Position numbers and translations under genes: made by a program
Assembly (NCBI RefSeq): GCF_009914755.1
Contig: NC_060931.1
DNA: 64,000 bases
Strand: one strand, 5' to 3'
From: the human T2T-CHM13v2.0 reference genome, Homo sapiens
Shown here: positions 1-16,753 of the stretch, one piece after another
Layout: each line of letters opens with the position of its first letter
How positions within the stretch are numbered: position 1 is the stretch's first letter
The notes under the pieces: generated by a model
The model's database searches: none
The model's input: only the letters and a program-made list of their open reading frames with translations
Told to the model about the DNA's origin: nothing

Positions 1-3000
1 ACAAAAGGGGATGAATTGTGTTAAAATCAGCAAATATTGAAGAACCAACCTAAAGGTTTTTCCTCACTAGATTATCAGCTACATGAAGGCAAGTATGTGT
101 TGTCTTTTAAAAAATTATTGTTTCTACAATACATAATTCTTGAGTTATAGAAGGCACTCAATGAAGGAAGAGAATGAATGAATGAATGAACAAATTCCTA
201 ACTTGTGTCTGTCTCTTGGCCTTTGAGTATATAGGTATTTTCACAGCCATAGGAAAATCAGATGCTATAATAATAATTCTACTAGCTTTCTGACATAAAT
301 CTTTTAATTTCCTTCTTAGGAGGCTAGTTCACATAAATAAAACACTAGAAAAGGAAAATAGCTCTTCCTGGTTCTGTAAGTTCAAAAAATAACCAATTTC
401 TTAATATGGCAGTAATTCCTTGTATGACTAGCTGGGCTGGGACTGAGACCAAGGACCTTGACACTAATGGGCCGTTTATGAAATTTACATAGCCTGAAGT
501 CATCCTATCGGAATGTCCTTAGTAACCATCACCATTGTTACAGAAAAGAATTGGGAGGCTTTTTCTTTCTTGCAATGATTTCTTTAGTTTTTTTATGTTG
601 TGGGTCCTATGGTTGAGATCATGGTTTGGGTATTTACATAAGAGCAAACAGTCCTAGAAGTATGTAATAATTTCTAATGCAGCTCCTTGGTAAAAAGAAT
701 GCAACAAATGACACAGATCTACAGCACAACATTAGAAAAGGCGCAGATTAAATTTGAAACAAGAGCAACCTAGTGCAAATAAAACCCTTCAGGTAGCAGC
801 TTTTTGGAGATAATCAAATCCGTTTTTAGACTTCCACATTTTCCTAACTTTATGCCCTCCATAAGGATGTGATTTCTGATATGCGTTTGTGTGCTTTTAC
901 TTGTTGGTGACTTTTGAAAGAAGTCAGCCCTGGAATGTAGTTGCCTTGCAAAAAAATTCAAGGGAATATTTTGTAGGTTTTGCTGTCTATGCCTTGGAAG
1001 CAAACAAATTATGGTACAGGACTGGAACTTTACCTACTTGTTAATTGGCAGGTTAAACTTTTATGAGTTTCTGGTACCCTGGCGATACATGACTATTAAA
1101 ATTTGCAGGTGGTTCAAGGGGAGAGAGATGTAAGTTCCTGTGCTAGTAATATATCATAAAAGTGTGTATTTCATGTGCCTGTTGTGAAAATGGAGACTTT
1201 AATACTCTTTCACAGTATAAGCTGATTAAGGAATCTTTATGGATCTCATTAACGATGGGCCTTTTTTTCACAGAAAGTGAAAAGTGTAATGCTTATAGAC
1301 AAGCATAGAAGAAAATAATTAGCTTGGTAGTGCCTCTTTGAGACTGAGTTTAGAGCACCCTCTGCATTCCCTTCCCAACCCTCAGAAGCTGCCCTTGTCT
1401 CAGAAATTGCTTCTACCACATGAAATACTGTAAATCTGTCATTTTATTTTTACTTTCAAAAGACCGTGTTTGCTTAATTTTACTTACATTTAATAGATGG
1501 TATGTTTCCTTTTTCGAGTCCATGTTTTCATTAGGAAATACAAAGACATATACTGTGGCTAGTGATGTGATTCCACATAATGAACTAAATTTTGGAAAAA
1601 GTGATAAGGGGATTGTAGTTCTTTGGAAACTCTATTTTCTTATATTTTACATGTAATCTTAGGATGGAAAGCTCCTCAAATATTGGCTAAATTAAACATT
1701 TGCCCGAAAATCTTAGAAGTAGATCTTTGTATCCAGGAGCATAGCTTGTTTTAGCATAGAGAAATAGTGATATGAATTAGCTTTAACTAAGAAAAGGGTA
1801 GTAAAGTGAACAATAGAAAGTATTCGTTTTATTTTAAATTTTTAGTCCATAATTTTTCTTTACCCATTTTTTTTTGGAGAATTTCTGTTTGTTTCTCTTA
1901 GTATCATCATAATCTTAATATAGCACTTTTGGAACACTAGATTGTGATTTAGTTTCTTCACTCTCTTGGTAAATATATAATGTAGTTTGAAGGTACTTCA
2001 TCCATTGGCACTTGTTGAAAAATTCATTCTTTAGAAATGGTTATTTTCTAAATTGGTTTAACCTATGGTCAGGGTGATGGAGCAGCAAGGGAGGTGGGAC
2101 TGCATGGGGCCAGGGGATGGAGAGACTTAGGGACAAGATGAGTGTGTCATGGAGAAGCTGAGGACCACAGGAAGGCATTGGCAATGGACATAATGAAGAA
2201 AGAAGTAATGCTGGATGAACAATCCTGTTGGGCTTTTAGCTCTGACATCAGTCATAAAAATTTTGTCTCCCAAATTGGTTGCCAAGAACCTATAGTTCTT
2301 TGTTTCAACAAAGAATGTTTTCTGAGCATGACAATTGTGTGCATATAATTGTATATGATAATAAGTATATATACACACACTATTTACATGTTATATACAT
2401 ACATACACTGATAATGTACTATATTTTAATAAAGACTTGAATGACCTTTATGGCTTTTGTTAAATTAGCTTTGTTTTTAAAATCTCATTTTAAAATGTGA
2501 GACAGTAGTACATACAGTAGAGTTGACAGGAATGTATTTCCTTATTTTTAAAGGATATATTGTGTCAGGAAAGAAGAATCATCAACTCTTTTGACCCAGT
2601 GAGATTTAAGAAGGTGGGAATAGAGACTTTTATAAAAGTTTCTGCCTAAATATTTTTTTAAATTGTGTATGTACTCCAAATGATATTCTTATCAAGTCTT
2701 ATGATTAATATAGCTTTACAAATAATTCACCATTTTAATGAGGGTTGTGAGAAGCAAGCTCAATGTTATAGGAAAGAAGTAAAAAAAATAGCCTTATAGA
2801 ATTATAATCGTCAAGGAAGTATTTGGGAATCAAAGCCTAGTTTTGGAAATCATTTCTTGCCAAGTGAAAAGGTGCTAAGCTTCTCAGCAAGAAGTCATTT
2901 GTAGCACAGGCTTGTCTGTCAGTGTTTGGGAGGTGCTAATAAGCAAATAAGCCCAGAGTTCCAGCCTGAGTATTTGGTACATCCATGGAGTGCTGGTGGG

Positions 3001-3110
3001 TATCTTACCTTAGGGAAAGCTGCAAGTCAGTCCACAAGATTTACTGGAGACCTACTTTCTATATATAGATAGTCCCCGATGTTTGATGGTTTGACGTAAG
3101 ATTTTTTTGA

Positions 3111-3521
<411 letters not shown>

Positions 3522-3604
3522 AGCTTTTTAAAAAATAGTCTTTGTGTTAGATGATTTTGCCCAAATGTAGGCTAATGTAAGTTTTCTGAAGAAATTTAAG
3601 GTAG

Positions 3605-3974
<370 letters not shown>

Positions 3975-4319
3975 TCAACTTGCTGTATTTTCAATGTATG
4001 ATGGGCTTATAGGGTTATAACCCCATCCTAAGTGGAGGAGCATCTGTGTAGGTCTTTTACTAGGTGCCTGTCTGGGAGAAAATGTTATTTAAGAATAGGT
4101 TATAAGGATTTGTTTTTTCTTGCACATTCTTTATTTTCTAGCCAGAGTAGATAAATAAACAAACAATATATAGCTCACTGAAAAAACTATAATAACAAAA
4201 AAGTCAAAACTACGATGGAATGTATCAATCAGAGGAGAAAACAGAGGCAAAGGTTTCAGGAAAGGAAGGCTTCCCACAGTACTATAAGGGATGGTATTAG
4301 TGATTGCTTGCACCTTTGT

Positions 4320-4520
4320 TCGTCAGCTTTGTGCTATATGCCTTATAAATCATTTATTTTTACCATTTAGTGCCATAGGAATCCTATGATGAAGACACGA
4401 TCATACTCCTGTTAGATGAGGATCCGGCAGTTCAGATGTGTGAAGTAACTTGCTGGCCGTTGCATCACTAAGGGACTCACGCTCAGTTGTGATTTGCTTC
4501 AAAGCCTGATCTCTTTATTA
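4320..4520. mobile_element. MIR fragment
   Basis: agatgagga...cagatgtgtgaagtaacttgc resembles the MIR core; boundaries approximate. Confidence 0.55.
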
Positions 4521-6894
4521 CATGGCAGAAAACAAAGTGAATGTTATTCATAATAAAAAGTATATGCCACATGCAACAGGGACTCATATCTCCAGTTTTC
4601 TTAGTTCAACTGTGAGGTAAAAATTATGTAAAAATTAGAAGAAAAGGCCGTCTAGCAAAGGAAGACTCTTCATCTAATGAAAACTTGAAAAAGTTAAAAC
4701 AATAGTGTAATGAAATGGATTATTTATTTTTTAAAATTCAAAATTAAATGAATATTGATTTTAAAAACTTTAGAAATTAGTGGAATATGAAACAATTCAA
4801 ACTACATTAGAAACAAGTGCCAGTCAAGGTTTTAAAATATGTCCATCTTTAGATTAACTAATTAAAAATGTTTTAGCTTAAGTAAATTGTAAAATTTCTC
4901 TGTCAAGGATGTCTACCTACTAAAATTTCATTTAAAGGCATTCATTAGTTTTAGCTACCAACTAAATAGGAAAGTTTTCATCGCAATTTGAAGGGTATGC
5001 AAAATAATAATATGTAATTTCCTATAGATATTTTTGTTATGAATTGGTATTTGCTGCAATGATATCAAAAAAGGAAAGTAGAGCAGAAGGAAGCCCAGAC
5101 GTCTCAGTTTTAATTTGAGGAAAGAGTATGTGATAAGTATAATATACCACTGGTTCTCTAGGTTCCATTAAAAGACTGTAAAGAGAAAGAAAAGAATTCT
5201 TTGGAACTAATGATTCCAATCTGGAGTCTATCTCTGGATCCCTAAGGATTCACCAACTTAAACATTAGTTTCCTTGTTGATATTTTTGAAGTCCTAATGT
5301 TAATACCTTTCCCCCACTTAAAGATACACAAGACTTAAGACTTAAACTGTTGAGCATTTTCACTGTTTATTACTACATCAACAGTATGATAACATTGTCT
5401 CTCCTATATGTCGGAAGCTCTGATTTGCCATTATATGTGTCTTTGTTTATAAATAATATGAAACTATATAATTCTTACTTTATACAATTTGCTTGGTAGA
5501 CAAAATTTTTGAATTAATTGTATACATAGAGGAATAGATAATAAAAGGGTATATTGAAAAGGCTGGGAATCACTATTCTGTATACTGTACTTAGAATTTA
5601 GGTGAGTAAAATGACCTCATACATCATTGCAAGACTGAGGCTGGTGTTTTTTGCTGCCTAAAACTAAAGATATTTAGCATTTGGGCATTAGCTAATAATG
5701 ATTAACTCTGTGGTAGGTGCTATATCTTTGTGTTAAGGTAAACATACTTTAATATTTGGGACTTTTCCTTGAATATTGTATAAGCCAGTTATGATAAGAG
5801 ATTTAAGTGAAAGTGCTAATAAACTCCCTTCAGACTCAGACCACACATGAGAAACTTCCCCTCAGAAGGAAATTAGAAGGCCAGAGGGAAGAAATTATAA
5901 GTAAATGAACGGCGTTTTAAAACTGAGGTGCTGTAACTAGAATGCTGCTAAGATATTAAAGTACTTAGACATTTAAAAGACATGGTTATTTATATTTAAT
6001 TTCAAAATGTATTTAAGTGAAAATTTGAAAAATATTTGAGATAAGCAGAACTTTCAGATTTTTTTTTCATTTTGTTAAAGGAAATATCCTACTTTCATGT
6101 ATTTTGCAAAGATGTCACAATGATATTGACCATTATATTACCTGATGTCCATTAAAGGACAAAAAAAGACAAAAAGTAACTTTAATGTTTTTTCTTATCA
6201 AATAATAGGAGACATGTCTGCTCCTTACTCATCCTTCCTTTTTTTTTTTTGCATTGGCTGGCAGGAAATTAAATTTAGTATTCAGTTGAGGTAAATAACT
6301 TATCTCAGCCTAACTACAAGGACATACCTTTCACTATGCATTTTATTTGAATTTTAATTCAGTAACGTAAGTATTTAGTTATATTTGCTGTCTAAAATGC
6401 CTTTTAGATATTTGTAACAAATAAATTATAAGTAAACAAGTGACCTCTGAGATATAAATTTTTTACATCTTGCTATTTCCAAGTTACATTGCCTGTTCTT
6501 ATTGAATAAACAGGTTGGCAGAATATTAAGAATATCAATGTTTACTTCTAAATACAGAAAAACATTGTAATGGTAGGCACAAACGCTTCTTAGAAGAAAT
6601 TAAGAATGAATATAACTTAAGAAGAAAGGCTCTTTGTTATTTTTGAAGACTATCCTGGTTGACTTTACATTTAATGGGGAAGCAGAGGATGTTTGATATT
6701 TTTACCTCAACTTTTTTTCCTCCTCTTCCTTTTTGTAGAGAATACTCTTACTTGAAACCCTTTGTATTTGGTCCTCATTCTCTGCTTTCCGTGGCTTCCT
6801 ACCTCGCCTATTTGTTCTATGGCCTGTGTGCCTCTTTCTTTTCTCTTTGTTAGTTCCTCACCCTTCTTCTCATTGTGTTCCCAAATATTTTCCC

Positions 6895-7020
6895 GAATTT
6901 TACAGATGAGAAAGCTGATACTCAGCGGCATTAAGTAGCTTGACAGAGTTTACACAGCTGCTAATTGGTCAAAACTGAGGTGAGAACTCTAATCCTCTCC
7001 CTCCTGGTACACTGCTCTTT
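6895..7020. mobile_element. MIR fragment
   Basis: ttttacagatgagaaagctgatactcag...aagtagcttgac...cacagct is the MIR core. Confidence 0.7.
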
Positions 7021-7709
7021 CTAATGGCGTTACTTATAGTAGAACACGATGCTGATAGACTGTGATGTAGTTCTCGATGGCTTAAAGTGTATGTGTTTTT
7101 CTGTGTAAACTAGAACCCATGGGGCTGATGTTAAGCCAGTTCACACTGGTACAACTGCGCTAGTTTTAAAAATACTGAAATATTTCCACATTGGCTAATT
7201 GGTAGCTACTGTTAGGAGCCTCTCAGCTGTACCTCTTCCTTCTTTAGAGGCCTTTAGTGAATCCATCAGGAACCTCACAACTTGGTCCAGTGGCAATCAA
7301 AGAGAGGCATTTAGCTACCCATAGTTGGATAAGATGATTAGTGTAATACTTCATGTTTTTATAAAGAGCAACGCTCTCTAACATAATTATCTTTTTGGTC
7401 TGCTTTTTTCTCATGATAATAATGAGAGGGAAAATTTATTCTGCTCAAAGAATGATGATTTCAGGTTTTGCTGGTTTTTGTTTTTTAAAAACTTCATGTG
7501 GTGAAACGTGCCTGAACAGTATATGAGAATGTTATGATGCAGTATCAAGGTTTTCTAGCCCCTGTGTTCACTTAAAATTTTGCAAGTGTAGTTCCTTTTA
7601 GAGATCATTTAAACATTTTAATTCTGAAATAACTGAGTATCTATATATGTTTTGCAGATTTCAAGTATGGGATTACTATTGTTATATCTTTACTGTATTC
7701 TTGCTCTTT

Positions 7710-8600
<891 letters not shown>

Positions 8601-8629
8601 GATCTCCTTTTTTGCCAGTATTTTAAATA

Positions 8630-10070
8630 AGTGGACCCACTGTCTCCTTGCCTATACTGTTTCCTAAGAAATACTAGCTGTCATTCATATTTTGTCTCTT
8701 TGTGTGTGATTTTTCTTTTACTGTAAATTTGTAAAATAATTTCTCTTCAGTTTTGGTTTTGAGTATTTGATTATGGTGTATTTTGGTCAAGTTTTCTTTA
8801 TGCTTCTTGTGCTTGGGGTTCGCTGAGATTTTTGGATGGGTGAGTTTATAGATTTCATTAAATTTAGATATCCTTCAAATATTTTTCCATCCCTTGCCTT
8901 TGGTGACTCCAGTTACGAATATATTAGACTGCCTAAAGCTATCCCAGGGCCCACTGACTTTTTATTATCTAATTTTCTATCTGTGCTTTCTTTTGGGTAA
9001 TTTCCATTGCTATGCCTTCACATTTACTAATCTTTTCTTCTGCATTGTCTCCTCTGCCGTTTAGCCTATCCATTGTATATTTTAATCTCATATATTGTAG
9101 TTTTCACTCTAGAAGTTCAACTTCCATCTTTTTTATATCTTCTGTATTTCCACTTAACGTTTTAAACATGTAATTACAGTTTCAATAACTGTCTTAATAT
9201 CTTTGTCTGCTATTAACATCTGTTTCAGTGCTGGATCATTTTCAATTCGTTGGCTTTTCTCCTCACTATGGGTCATATTTTTCTGCTTTTTAACAATCCT
9301 GATAATTTTTTTTGGAAACCAGTCATTGTGAGTTTTAACTTCTTGGGTGCTAGATATTTTCATACTCCTATGAATCTTAGTTTGTTTTGGGGTGCAGTTA
9401 AGTTACTTATAAACAGTTTTATCCTCTTGAGTGTTGTTTTTGAGATTTATCAGGACTAATGCAGTGTTTAGTTTTTGACTAATTATTTTCTAGTACTGAT
9501 ACAACACACTTCTGGATACTCTACTGAATACAGTTTCCATTATGAAGTTTTCTAGCATGGCTGGTAGGAACAGCATTCTTCCTGGCCTGTGTGAGTGCTG
9601 GTCGCTGTTAGCTTTAGGCCTCTCAGGTGGTACTTTCTCTTGCCTCAAATAGTTCCCATACATATATGTATTAATTTGCACTCTGCTGAATAGTTAATAG
9701 AGATCTTTTATAGATTTTTAGAGTTCTGTGCCTGTTCAGCCCTCTTGTCTCTGGTGCTCTATCCAGAAAACTCTAACTGCTTTATTGTCCCTGAAATCTC
9801 AGCTCTGTTTCCTCAAGTCTGGATGGATGTCCACCACGCTCCCCCGGACTCTCCCTCCCTATGCCATCATATAGAAATGCTCTCTTGGCAACAACTTTGC
9901 ACAATCATAGAGCTCACCACCTTTGTTTCTCATCTCTCAGGATTGCTATCCTTTGATGGCTCAAGTCTAGAATCTTGAAAACCGTTGCTCAGCTTTTGGT
10001 TTTGTTCGCTTCAGGGTTTTAGTTGTTTCAGGCAGAAGGGTAAATTCAATTCCTGCTACTACAAGTTGAA
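8630..10070 (-). mobile_element. Old L1M/HAL1 5' and ORF1 region, antisense
   Basis: Minus-strand peptide MTHSEEKSQRIENDPALKQMLIADKDIKTVI resembles the L1M ORF1 N-terminus; T-rich plus strand. Confidence 0.65.
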
Positions 10071-11129
10071 GGCAGAACTTCCTTGACACTTCATGCAGAG
10101 TTGAAGTGGGAAGACTTTTAGACTTAACTACCAAAGTGTTCACTTCAGAGAGTAAAACTCAAGAGAATAAATCCTAGTATTTTTTCTATTGAATACACCT
10201 TTATATTTACTTTTTTCTTTTCAGAAAATAAAAACTTGCCTTTTTTTAAAAATTGGAAAAGTATACAAACCAAAAAAAAAAAAAAAAAACTACAGCTACA
10301 CGAACACTTAAAGTTTTTAAAAATAAGATAATGAAATAGTATGATTGTGGGTAATTTAATAGATTGTGGAAGTGTTTTCCAAAGTCACATGAAAGTATGG
10401 GTACTTACCTTTAAGGATGATTTTACCAGGCCACAGAACAATGAGAATTAGGAAGTTTTTCACAAAACTAAATTTATTCAATTTAAAGGACTTTATTTTT
10501 TACTTTGTCATTCTTATTAGTGATAAAATTTTATGCTTAATTGAATTTTAATATGAAAGCTGATGAATCGTAAGAATTTTTTTTTAATATGATAGCTGAT
10601 GGATTATAAGAGTTTTGTTTTTTTTCTTTTCATTCATTAACTGGCAAAAGTACAAGAGGGGGTGCATGCTATGTGGAGTCCCCATAACATTTTTGTACTC
10701 CAATAGTCTGGAAACAACTGTTTGTATACGCTCAAATACTTTACCCATTTTTATTCAAAGATTGATTACCTAAGACTATTCAGAGAAGTAATGTTTGTTT
10801 GTTTCTTTGTTTTGTTTTTGAGCATCTGCCCTGTACAACTCATAGAATCTTTAGGGACAATGGCACATGTCTGAATGGCTAACTTGTGTCATCTTTATAT
10901 GTCCTTTTCTTTACACCATATAGAAGATATGGAAATCAATTATTTCGTTAATACTTACAAGCACTATTTGGAGATGTATTTTTAATTTTCATTGTTTCCT
11001 AATATTATTTCTTTCTATTGTATGACAAGGAAACAGGAATTGATTTGGTTCCTGCCCTCTTTGTCATGAACATATGACCAATGAGAAAAAATGCCTTTTT
11101 AACTATGATATTAATAATAAATATGTGTC

Positions 11130-11325
11130 AATTATTGATGTATTAAGTGTATCATTCAGTACTTATAGAAATTATTTGAAGTAGCCACAATTATTATTCT
11201 TTTACAAATGAAGAAATTGAGGCTTAAAGAGTTAAGTAACTGCTCAAGGTTTCACAGCAAATGTAAAGCCATATATGAGACCCCCGTTTGAGTCAGGCAA
11301 AGACTGTGCTCCATCTACTGCCTCC
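11130..11325. mobile_element. MIR fragment
   Basis: tttacaaatgaagaaattgaggcttaaagagttaagtaactgctcaaggtttcacagc is the MIR core. Confidence 0.75.
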
Positions 11326-12429
11326 AAGTGAGAAGATAAGTTTTAGTGTTTTCCACTAAGCATTTCCTGGCAGTATTTCTCTCCAGACGCTATTCACAAT
11401 CTCCAAAGAGGAGAAACGACTCTATTCTATGCACAATTTATTACTCCGGTTATTATACAGAACTCTTTATTTAAAGGGGAGAATGATAAATTACACTCTT
11501 GTTGAAATAAGCCTTGTAGACCTTTGAAGAGGGTTGGAAACCAAAGGAAACAGACATTCCAGAAGTGTGACCCATTTTTTTTTTAATAAATCTTTTCTTT
11601 TGCTTAAGATCTCCTAAAATATTTCCATTTTTATAAAAGCCTTCTGGTTTCTTTGTGAAAATAGCTGCAAGGATATGTCACTGGGTAGGTTCATTAAAAA
11701 TTACAAGCATACACCATTACTATGAAAAGCTCCTATAGCCTGTTTCCTGCACATTGGGAAGAGTGCAGCTTTCCAGCGATGGTAGCCCATGAATCTCGGA
11801 GGCCTGCACCTGCAGATTACAGACTCAGGTACAGGCACTATGAGAATAGCCCCTGTTTTGTAAAAACAAAAAGCTCTGCTAGTCTATAGAAATTGTTGGG
11901 AAAGAGAAGCGGACCTGTGTGAGATAAACAAAACTCATAAACCACTGAGATTAGATAAATTGTTAGAGTTGTTTGGAAGGCCAGGCAGGAACAAACATTG
12001 TCTTCCTAAATGTAGTTTTCCTGCACTTGGGACAAGCGTACTATCTGATTACCCCAGATGATTTATTTATCCTTCTAGACTGTTGACATGAAGTCTGCAT
12101 TTCAGGCCTAGGAATAGGTGTACTTTCTGCAGTTATTTTGTTTGCAGAAATCACTGACTTCTCTCATGTTACTTTTTGTGATTGCTAGAGGTAACGATAT
12201 CAAAGTTCAATGTGCTCAGCTTGTCTGTAATAGTAAAATCTTAGTAAATCACTCTAGGTTTGAAGGATAGGCCCTGGTATAATAATATAACAATAAACAG
12301 AGTTCCTGTTCTCTTTATGGTTTTAGTTACAGCATTGTATCAGTGATACTTCAGTTTCTTCTTGATAAAGATTTTTCATATTTAAAACTCATAAAATTCA
12401 TGCTGCAGGGTAAGTAAAGTCTTCTGAAA

Positions 12430-12820
12430 GCATACATTCATTTACTTGTTTATTCACTGACTCCATAAATTTTTATTAAGTACCCAATTTCTGGCAGACA
12501 TTCTTGTGGATCATGCAGACTCAGTGGTGAGAAGAAAAATAATATCCCTGATCTTACAGAACTCATTTTTTAATTGGGGGAGGGGCTTAAATAAAAGGTG
12601 AATAAACCAAACAAGAAAATATCAGGTAGTGATACTACCCAGAAGAAAGTAAAACAAAATGAAGCAATTAAGTGTGCTTGGACACCTGCTTTAGATTGTG
12701 TGGTCAAGGATGGCCCCTCCAAGGACTAGCGTGTAAGCTGATACTTGAATGAGAAACAGGCTGCCATGCAAAGATCTGCTGGAAGAACATTCCAGGCAGA
12801 AGTAACAGCTCATGCAAAGA
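12430..12820. mobile_element. L2 3' fragment
   Basis: cattcatt...ttattaagtacc and aagaacattccaggcagaagtaacagc..tgcaaag are L2 motifs. Confidence 0.7.
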
Positions 12821-13190
12821 TATAGCATAATGAGGGCATGCCTAGACATGCATCATAATGCCTTACCTTGTACCTTGATTTGCTTTCATTTTTACCATTT
12901 AAAATTCTGCTTCTGTACTATGTCCTACCTCCCCTTACCCTTCATTATCCTTAAAATTGTGTATTCTTAATGAAAACTATATTGTTAGGTGACCATAGAA
13001 ATATTGTTATTTTAGATAGTTGATTCTGTAGTGTTTTCAAGAAATTATTTCATATTTAGAATAATTTTGCAAAGTGAGTTAGTTTAAAAGTAGTTCTTTA
13101 AGAAACAGGTAAATTTCAAAACACTTCTTTCCAAAATCTTTTATCTCAAAACTTGCATTAAAATGAGAAAATATGACATCTCTTAAAAAC

Positions 13191-13384
13191 AGAAAAAAGG
13201 AAGGAAGGGGGAAGGGAGGGAGGGATGGAAGGAGAAAGGGAGGGAGGGAAGAAAAGAAGGAAGGAAAGGAAAGGAAGGAAAGGGAAAGAGAAAAGGGAGA
13301 AAGAGAAAGAAAGAAAGAATGAAAAAATGAAAAGAAAGAAAAGGAAAAGGAAGAAAAGAAAGAAATAGAATAAAACAGAAAGAA
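13191..13384 (+). repeat. Polypurine (GGAA/GAAA/GGGA)n low-complexity tract
   Basis: About 190 bp of almost exclusively A/G. Confidence 0.95.
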
Positions 13385-14578
13385 CACAATTATTTTTATG
13401 TCTGGAAAGATACAGGGAACTTTTTCCCAAATGAGGTAACTTTGAAGCTGGGAGACAGATTCACACGTTCATAAAGTGAAACTTCCAGGGCATAATTTCC
13501 TAAATTATTTCTTTCACTGCCCTCTTGGTAGCTCAGTGTCACGGATGAGTGAGTTTACCTCACAAGTAAGCATTTAGCTCCCCCAAAACAGTCTCTTAAC
13601 CTTAGCTCACCACGTGATTAGACTCAGGGTGAATGCACAAGATTAATGAGAGCCCTGAGTGAAAACAGTCTCTTGTAAGGACAGCACTAAATCTTGAAAG
13701 GCTGGTGGTTATTGTTTGTGGAAGCTGAGCCCTGGACTAATCCCAGAAGGGATCATGGTGGTGGTGACTCCTAATCTGGGTATATCTTTCGGGCTTGATC
13801 ATGTTTTTCTGTGACTGCCATTGTGTGTCTGTTGGAATCTATTTTTAGGAGCCACTGCATATCCTTGTGTTTTCTTGCTGTGCCTAAATGTAGATCCTTC
13901 TATTCTACTTTTACTCCATTTATTTTCCAGATGATATAAAGAGGACATATTCTCACATCTGGAAGTTAATGCCTTGGTTCTAGTTTATTCTCCCTCCAAG
14001 CACACTAAAGACTTTTTCATTTCCTAGCATCGGTCTTCTAGTGGCCAATAAAATGGCAAGAAAAGAGTTGGGAAATTCTTCCCTTTCTCCTCAGTTTCCC
14101 CTTATTTTGTTGCTTCATTTAATCCTATTCTATTTCAGTAAAGGAAACACGGTCTAGTTATTGCAAGGGAGAAAGACTAGAAAGGAGAAGATATTGGCAA
14201 CTAGCAATCAGCCAAGCAATAGCAACAAGAGATTCAATATTGTCAGGTGAGGTAGCCTGGTTGGAGAATGCATATGCCAATTACAAATCGATCATAAACA
14301 AATACTTATACGCATGCAGAAAATCCTAATCTATTCCACTTTGCCCAGTTTCTGTCCATGGACTAATAGTGGTGGTCTCTAAAGAGCACTCTATTAGGCA
14401 AGAATGAGGCATTGATTTTATAAAACAGAATCTTCAAAGGAGGGGGAAGCCAGGCCTGTGGGGAAAGAAAGCAGAAGTCTGGCAATAGGTCATGGGAAAG
14501 GAAGGAATCACTGTGGGGTTTGGACTTGGAGAGAAAAAGTAGCAGCAGGTCACAGGCCAACCTGTCATTAGCTTTAAG

Positions 14579-14584
14579 ACACAC

Positions 14585-14621
<37 letters not shown>
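14579..14621. repeat. (CA)n microsatellite
   Basis: About 21 units with one CG interruption. Confidence 0.98.
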
Positions 14622-14622
<1 letters not shown>

Positions 14623-15339
14623 CCACTGCTTACCTCAGAATGGATTGGGTTAAAGGTTATTTTTTTCCCCTCTCAAGACTGGTTTCCTATCTTAAGTTTA
14701 TGTTAATAATTTTACTGCTTCTTTACAGTCCTAAGTTTGCATATGGAGAGGTTAGGTCTCAAAACTTTCAATCTCATAGTCCAAGGTATGCCCTTAAAGT
14801 GTAATGTGGAAAGGGTTCTCTTTGGCTACACATGCATCAGTTTTCTATCAAAAGTTATTTTATAGCAGACTGCTATTGGGTAATTGAGATGCACTTTACT
14901 AAAAATATAACAGGTTTAAACTAGTGGATTTTATTAATACTTGTTTTTGTTTTTACAGTCCAATTACCTAGAACACTATGGTTTATTCAGAACAGGTATC
15001 TTTTGTTTTTATTTCAAAAAGTACATTGATTATTTTTATGAATGTTTAAAATTTAACAGCTTTCTATGCTTTTGCAGAGTGAAAATTTCAACAAATAATT
15101 TTTTATTTGCTGTGATTCTTTTGTAACCATAGATATTTTTTATTTAAGCGAGGCTATGTATATAGTTTAAGACTTTGAGAAAATCAGTAAACCTAATTTA
15201 TTTCTTTGACAATATTAAAAGAGCTTAGTTTCTGGTATTAGAAATACCATCAAGACAGGGCTTTATTCATAAAATATTACAAGATGCTTAAAGTAGTGGC
15301 TTAAAAGAATAGATTTAACGAAGCACTATTTTCATTTTC

Positions 15340-15800
15340 TATAGGTCTGTAAAATATTATCCCCACAACATAGTGACATAAAACACAACTAATTATTTGC
15401 TCATGGTTCTGCATTTTGGACAGTATTTACCAGAATGGTGGTCTCTGCTCTCATGGCATTTAGTGGAGGCTTGGGCTGACAGGCCTAAGGTGGCCTTTCA
15501 TTCTTCAGGGCCATTCCCCACATGGCCTCCTAGCATTTGTAGTCCCAAGCTCTTTACATGGAGAATGGATCCCAAGAGAGCAAAAGTAGAAAGTGCCAGG
15601 CCTCTTATAGGCTAGATCTGTTTAAAGGCTTGGCTCAGAGTGGGCACAGTACCACTTATATTGCATTATATGGGCCAAAGCAAGTCACAGTGCCAGACCA
15701 GATTCACAGCAAGGGAAAGTGGACTTCACAGTTTTTTGGGATGAATTGTTCACATTTATAAGGAGGGAAGGAACTGTTGGCTGCCATATTTGGAGACTCT
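15340..15800. mobile_element. Old MLT1-family MaLR LTR
   Basis: aaaacacaac..ttatttgctcatggttctgca and ggccaaagcaagtcaca..gccagaccagattca resemble MLT1 motifs. Confidence 0.6.
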
Positions 15801-16079
15801 AGCCCAACCTTTTAACAAATATTTTGAATAGAAGGAGAAACCTTCTTAATTATGAAGGTAGTTTTGATACATATCACCTATAAATATGCAGTAATTTTAT
15901 ATTCACTCCTAATCTTGTAATATGAGTTTGTTTCCTTGATTTGGAGCTATGACATTCCACGTTACTGATCTTTAGTCTGACAAAAAAGAGCTTGACTTCT
16001 CATTCAAGTCAATTTCCAAATGTTTACTGTTACACACTTGGCAATCAACTGAGTTATTTTTGAAAACATCCCCTTCACC

Positions 16080-16260
16080 AGTGTAGTGAAAAGAATATAG
16101 AGGCAAACAGATTTAGGTTCAAATACCAATCCTGCATCTTACTGACTGTGGACATTTGGGCAAGTTATTTTAAATGTTGGGGAGTAATTTTACTCATTTG
16201 TATAATGAAAATAATTATACCTACTTCATCAGGATGCTATGAAGATGAAATAAAATAATT
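16080..16260. mobile_element. MIR fragment
   Basis: ggttcaaatacc...cttactgactgtg...gggcaagttattt...ctcatttgtataatg. Confidence 0.75.
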
Positions 16261-16448
16261 ATAGGACAGTCACTGGACACTATACTGGAGGGCTCATTTT
16301 TCACAGTTCTTTATTTTTACTTTATATAATGACAACAGTGCTCAGAAGTGGAAGTCATGTAGTAGTATTTTTGTTTGCCTTTATGGCTATTATGTGATTA
16401 TATGACTTTTACAACAAAAAAATCTAATGAGATATTCTTCTTCTATTA

Positions 16449-16753
<305 letters not shown>

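Noticed and set aside
13079-13430. Phe/Ser/Leu-rich ORFs
   Set aside because: Artefacts of the polypurine/polypyrimidine tract
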